Below, one piece after another: positions 61,525 through 64,000 of a stretch of DNA of 64,000 bases. Both the position numbers and the translations under genes were made by a program. How positions within the stretch are numbered: the first letter of the stretch is position 1; each line of letters begins with the position of its first letter. The stretch is from an uncultured Ruficoccus sp. GTDB lineage: Bacteria > Verrucomicrobiota > Verrucomicrobiia > Opitutales > Cerasicoccaceae. The notes beneath the pieces are model-generated. The model saw nothing but the letters and a program-made list of their open reading frames with translations. It was not told the origin of the DNA and did no database searches. The stretch covers positions 64,001-128,000 of the forward strand of contig OZ223505.1 of NCBI GenBank assembly GCA_965140785.1, in the 5' to 3' direction.

Positions 61525-61821
61525 TCACTCCCCCTTGTCGCGCTGGAGGCAGGCGCTGAGCTGCCACTCCTGAAGTTGGTAGACGTAGCTCTCGGCCTCC
61601 TCGCGCCCGCCCGACCAGAGCACCGAGCGGCCCAGTTCGTGGACTTCGAGCATGTGCTTGCGGGCTTTTTCCAGGTCGTAGCCGAAGACCCGCCGAAAGA
61701 CCATGACGACGTAGTCCATCAGGTTGACCGGGTCGTTGAGCACGACAACCAACCATGGTAGGTCGGCCTCAGTCTCGGTCTTGGTGACAGGCGCGGTCAG
61801 CGGTTGGGAAGTTTCGGCCAT
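61525..61821 (-). CDS. clpS: ATP-dependent Clp protease adaptor ClpS
   Basis: WLVVVLNDPVNLMDYVV...A...MLEVHELG; start at MAETSQ. Confidence 0.92.
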   Translation of the reverse strand: MAETSQPLTAPVTKTETEADLPWLVVVLNDPVNLMDYVVMVFRRVFGYDLEKARKHMLEVHELGRSVLWSGGREEAESYVYQLQEWQLSACLQRDKGE

Positions 61822-61950
61822 GGCAATGCGGAGCGGCCACCCTTTAGGCGACTCTCTCAAAAGCTTACCCGGCCGCAGTGAGCCCGCAAGTCCGAATGGC
61901 CCAAGCCCGGTCCGCAATCGACGAACGGGTCCTTGGGTGCAAATCCTGGA

Positions 61951-64000
61951 CTAGACCTTACGTTTGCCGATCTGCTGGCGCAGCAGGCCGGCGAAGTTCT
62001 CCAGCTCCTGCTCCAGCGTGGGCATAAACTGCGCGATACTCTCGGACTCGCCGGTGAGCGCGGCATTTTCCAGGCTCTCCGCCAGATGGCTCAGGCGCTC
62101 AGCTTGGAAGATCGAGGCCCCGCCCTTGATGCTGTGGGCGAGATGATTGAGCTCGGCGAACTCGCCATGCTGCCAGGCTTGGGAAAGTTTTTCCCAATCC
62201 GTCCGGTAGTTTTGCAGGAAGATATCCGCGGCCGAGAGCAGATCATCCCGGTCCTCGCTGGGCAGCTCCTTGAACAACTGGTCCAGGTCACCTGCGCGGG
62301 AGGGGGCACACTCGATGGCATGCCCGACTCCGCTTTTCTCCAAATCCGAGGAAATGCCCTCCAAAACCGAGCGCAACTTGGCCGCGCGAAAAGGTTTGGC
62401 GATGTAGGCATCCATCCCGGCTTCCAGGCACAGGGCCTCGTCGCTGGCCATGGCGCGTGCGGTCATGGCCACAATGATGGTGCGCGAATCGCGCTTGGCC
62501 TCCCTCTCGCGAATCTTGCGGGTGGCCTCGATGCCGTCCATTTCGGGCATCTGCACATCCATCAGGATCAGGTCGAAACGCACGGCCTGGCAGGCCTCAA
62601 CCGCCAGGCGTCCATTTTCCACCACGGTGACCTCGTGCCCCATTTTTTTCAGGCGGCGCAGGGTTACCTCCTGGTTGATCGGGTTGTCCTCGGCCAGCAG
62701 GACGCGCATCGGCTTCATCGCCACCTCTTCGTCCTTCGGGAAGGGCGAACGGCTCTCCACCGTGCGCGAGGGGTGGCGGTGCCGCACCGGCACGGACACG
62801 TCGAAAATTTCCAGCACGACCTCCAGCAAGACGGACTGTTTGATCGGCTTGCTCAGAAAACGCTGAATACCCATGTCGGTGGCCCGGCGTGCCTCGTCCT
62901 GATTGAGCGAGGAGGAGAGTAGGACGATCTTTGCCTCGCTCAGCTGCTGGCGGTTGACGATCAGGCCGGCTACTTCCAGCCCGCTCAGATGCGGCATCTG
63001 CTGGTCCAGCAGGATTAGTTGGTAGGGCTCCTCGTCGCTCACGGCGCGCTCCAGCATCTCCAGCCCCTGGAGCCCGCCCTCGGCGCACCGGGCCTCGAAG
63101 CCCCAGTGCCGGCAAAGCTCGGTCAGGATGGTGCGGTTGGTCTGGTGGTCGTCGATGATCAGCACCCGCAGGCCCTCCAGCTGCTTGAGCTGCTTGCGCG
63201 GGACGCTCTCGCGCCGCCGCAGGGCCTGGAAGGGAATCTCCACCGAAAAGGTCGAACCCTGGTCGAGGCAGCTCTGAACAGTGATCGAGCCGCCCATCAT
63301 CTCCGCCAACTGGCGGCAAATGGACAGGCCCAGCCCCGTCCCGCCGTACTTGCGGGTGGTCGAAGTGTCGGCCTGGGTAAAGCTGTCGAAAATCGCCGCC
63401 TGACGCGACTCGGGAATGCCGATCCCGGTATCGGAGACGGAGAAACAGATGCGCGTCTGCCCCTCGACTTCGCCCACCGGCGCAGCTGAGACCACGATCT
63501 CGCCCTCGTCGGTGAACTTGACCGCGTTGCTGATCAAGTTGCTCAGGATCTGGCGGAAGCGCGTGGGGTCGCCCCGCACGTGCGCGGGCAGTTTGGAGTC
63601 GAGCTGGAGGGCCAGTTCGATGCCCTTTTCGCGGGTCTGGCCGACAAACTGATCCAGACACTCCTCTATCGTCGTGACGAGGTTGAAATTGATTTCCTCC
63701 AGTTCGAGCTGGCCGGATTCGATCTTGGAAAAGTCCAGCAGATCGTTGATCAAGGTGAGCAGGGTGTTGCTACAGTTGACGATGGTCTGCACGTACTTCT
63801 CCTGCTCGGCGGTGAGGTCCGAATCCAGCGAAAGCTCGGCCATGCCGATGATGCCGTTGATCGGGGTGCGGATCTCGTGGCTCATATTGGCCAGGAAATC
63901 GCTCTTGGCCCGGCTGGCCTGCTCGGCTCGTGTCATGGCCTCACGCAGCTTGCGCTCCTGCTCGACCGAATCGGAAATATTGCGGCTCACGCAGACCACG
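61951..64000 (-). CDS. Hybrid sensor histidine kinase (HisKA-HATPase-REC-REC-Hpt), 5' truncated by window
   Basis: [29 protein letters not shown], two receivers (LLDQQMP, LMDVQMP), LAHSIKG Hpt. Confidence 0.93.
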   Translation of the reverse strand, partial: VVCVSRNISDSVEQERKLREAMTRAEQASRAKSDFLANMSHEIRTPINGIIGMAELSLDSDLTAEQEKYVQTIVNCSNTLLTLINDLLDFSKIESGQLELEEINFNLVTTIEECLDQFVGQTREKGIELALQLDSKLPAHVRGDPTRFRQILSNLISNAVKFTDEGEIVVSAAPVGEVEGQTRICFSVSDTGIGIPESRQAAIFDSFTQADTSTTRKYGGTGLGLSICRQLAEMMGGSITVQSCLDQGSTFSVEIPFQALRRRESVPRKQLKQLEGLRVLIIDDHQTNRTILTELCRHWGFEARCAEGGLQGLEMLERAVSDEEPYQLILLDQQMPHLSGLEVAGLIVNRQQLSEAKIVLLSSSLNQDEARRATDMGIQRFLSKPIKQSVLLEVVLEIFDVSVPVRHRHPSRTVESRSPFPKDEEVAMKPMRVLLAEDNPINQEVTLRRLKKMGHEVTVVENGRLAVEACQAVRFDLILMDVQMPEMDGIEATRKIREREAKRDSRTIIVAMTARAMASDEALCLEAGMDAYIAKPFRAAKLRSVLEGISSDLEKSGVGHAIECAPSRAGDLDQLFKELPSEDRDDLLSAADIFLQNYRTDWEKLSQAWQHGEFAELNHLAHSIKGGASIFQAERLSHLAESLENAALTGESESIAQFMPTLEQELENFAGLLRQQIGKRKV

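Overview
GC-rich bacterial chromosomal window. The gene set suggests PVC superphylum, probably Verrucomicrobiota/Opitutia (inference only). Most of it is housekeeping and stress genes: xth, infA, cysK, CPD photolyase, dtd, mpg, a Tat-signal SOD, tRNA-Asp, hflX, ppdK, tatC (frameshifted), eno, a DEAD-box helicase, a double-length uvrA, gpr/yghZ, glnD, pcp and clpS, plus several two-component proteins. The most unusual signal is non-coding. About ten intergenic gaps contain inward-facing arms made of roughly three tandem 8-10 bp units (CGCAAAG, CACAGAT, CACAGAG, CGCGAAG, CACAAAA, CAGGAAG). One arm pair (32/34 identical) brackets a lower-GC GxxExxY PD-(D/E)XK nuclease gene. In two copies of a 174-bp element the 57-bp core between the arms is inverted relative to its flanks, which suggests the arms act as recombination or processing sites. 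Other leads are a DinB / NRDE(TANGO2) / hydrolase-DedA-ATP-grasp operon, an AT-rich island with a CesT-like chaperone next to a frameshifted effector-like gene, and an MMPL/RND transporter with a cNMP-binding domain. All alignments and counts were done by eye; no searches were run.
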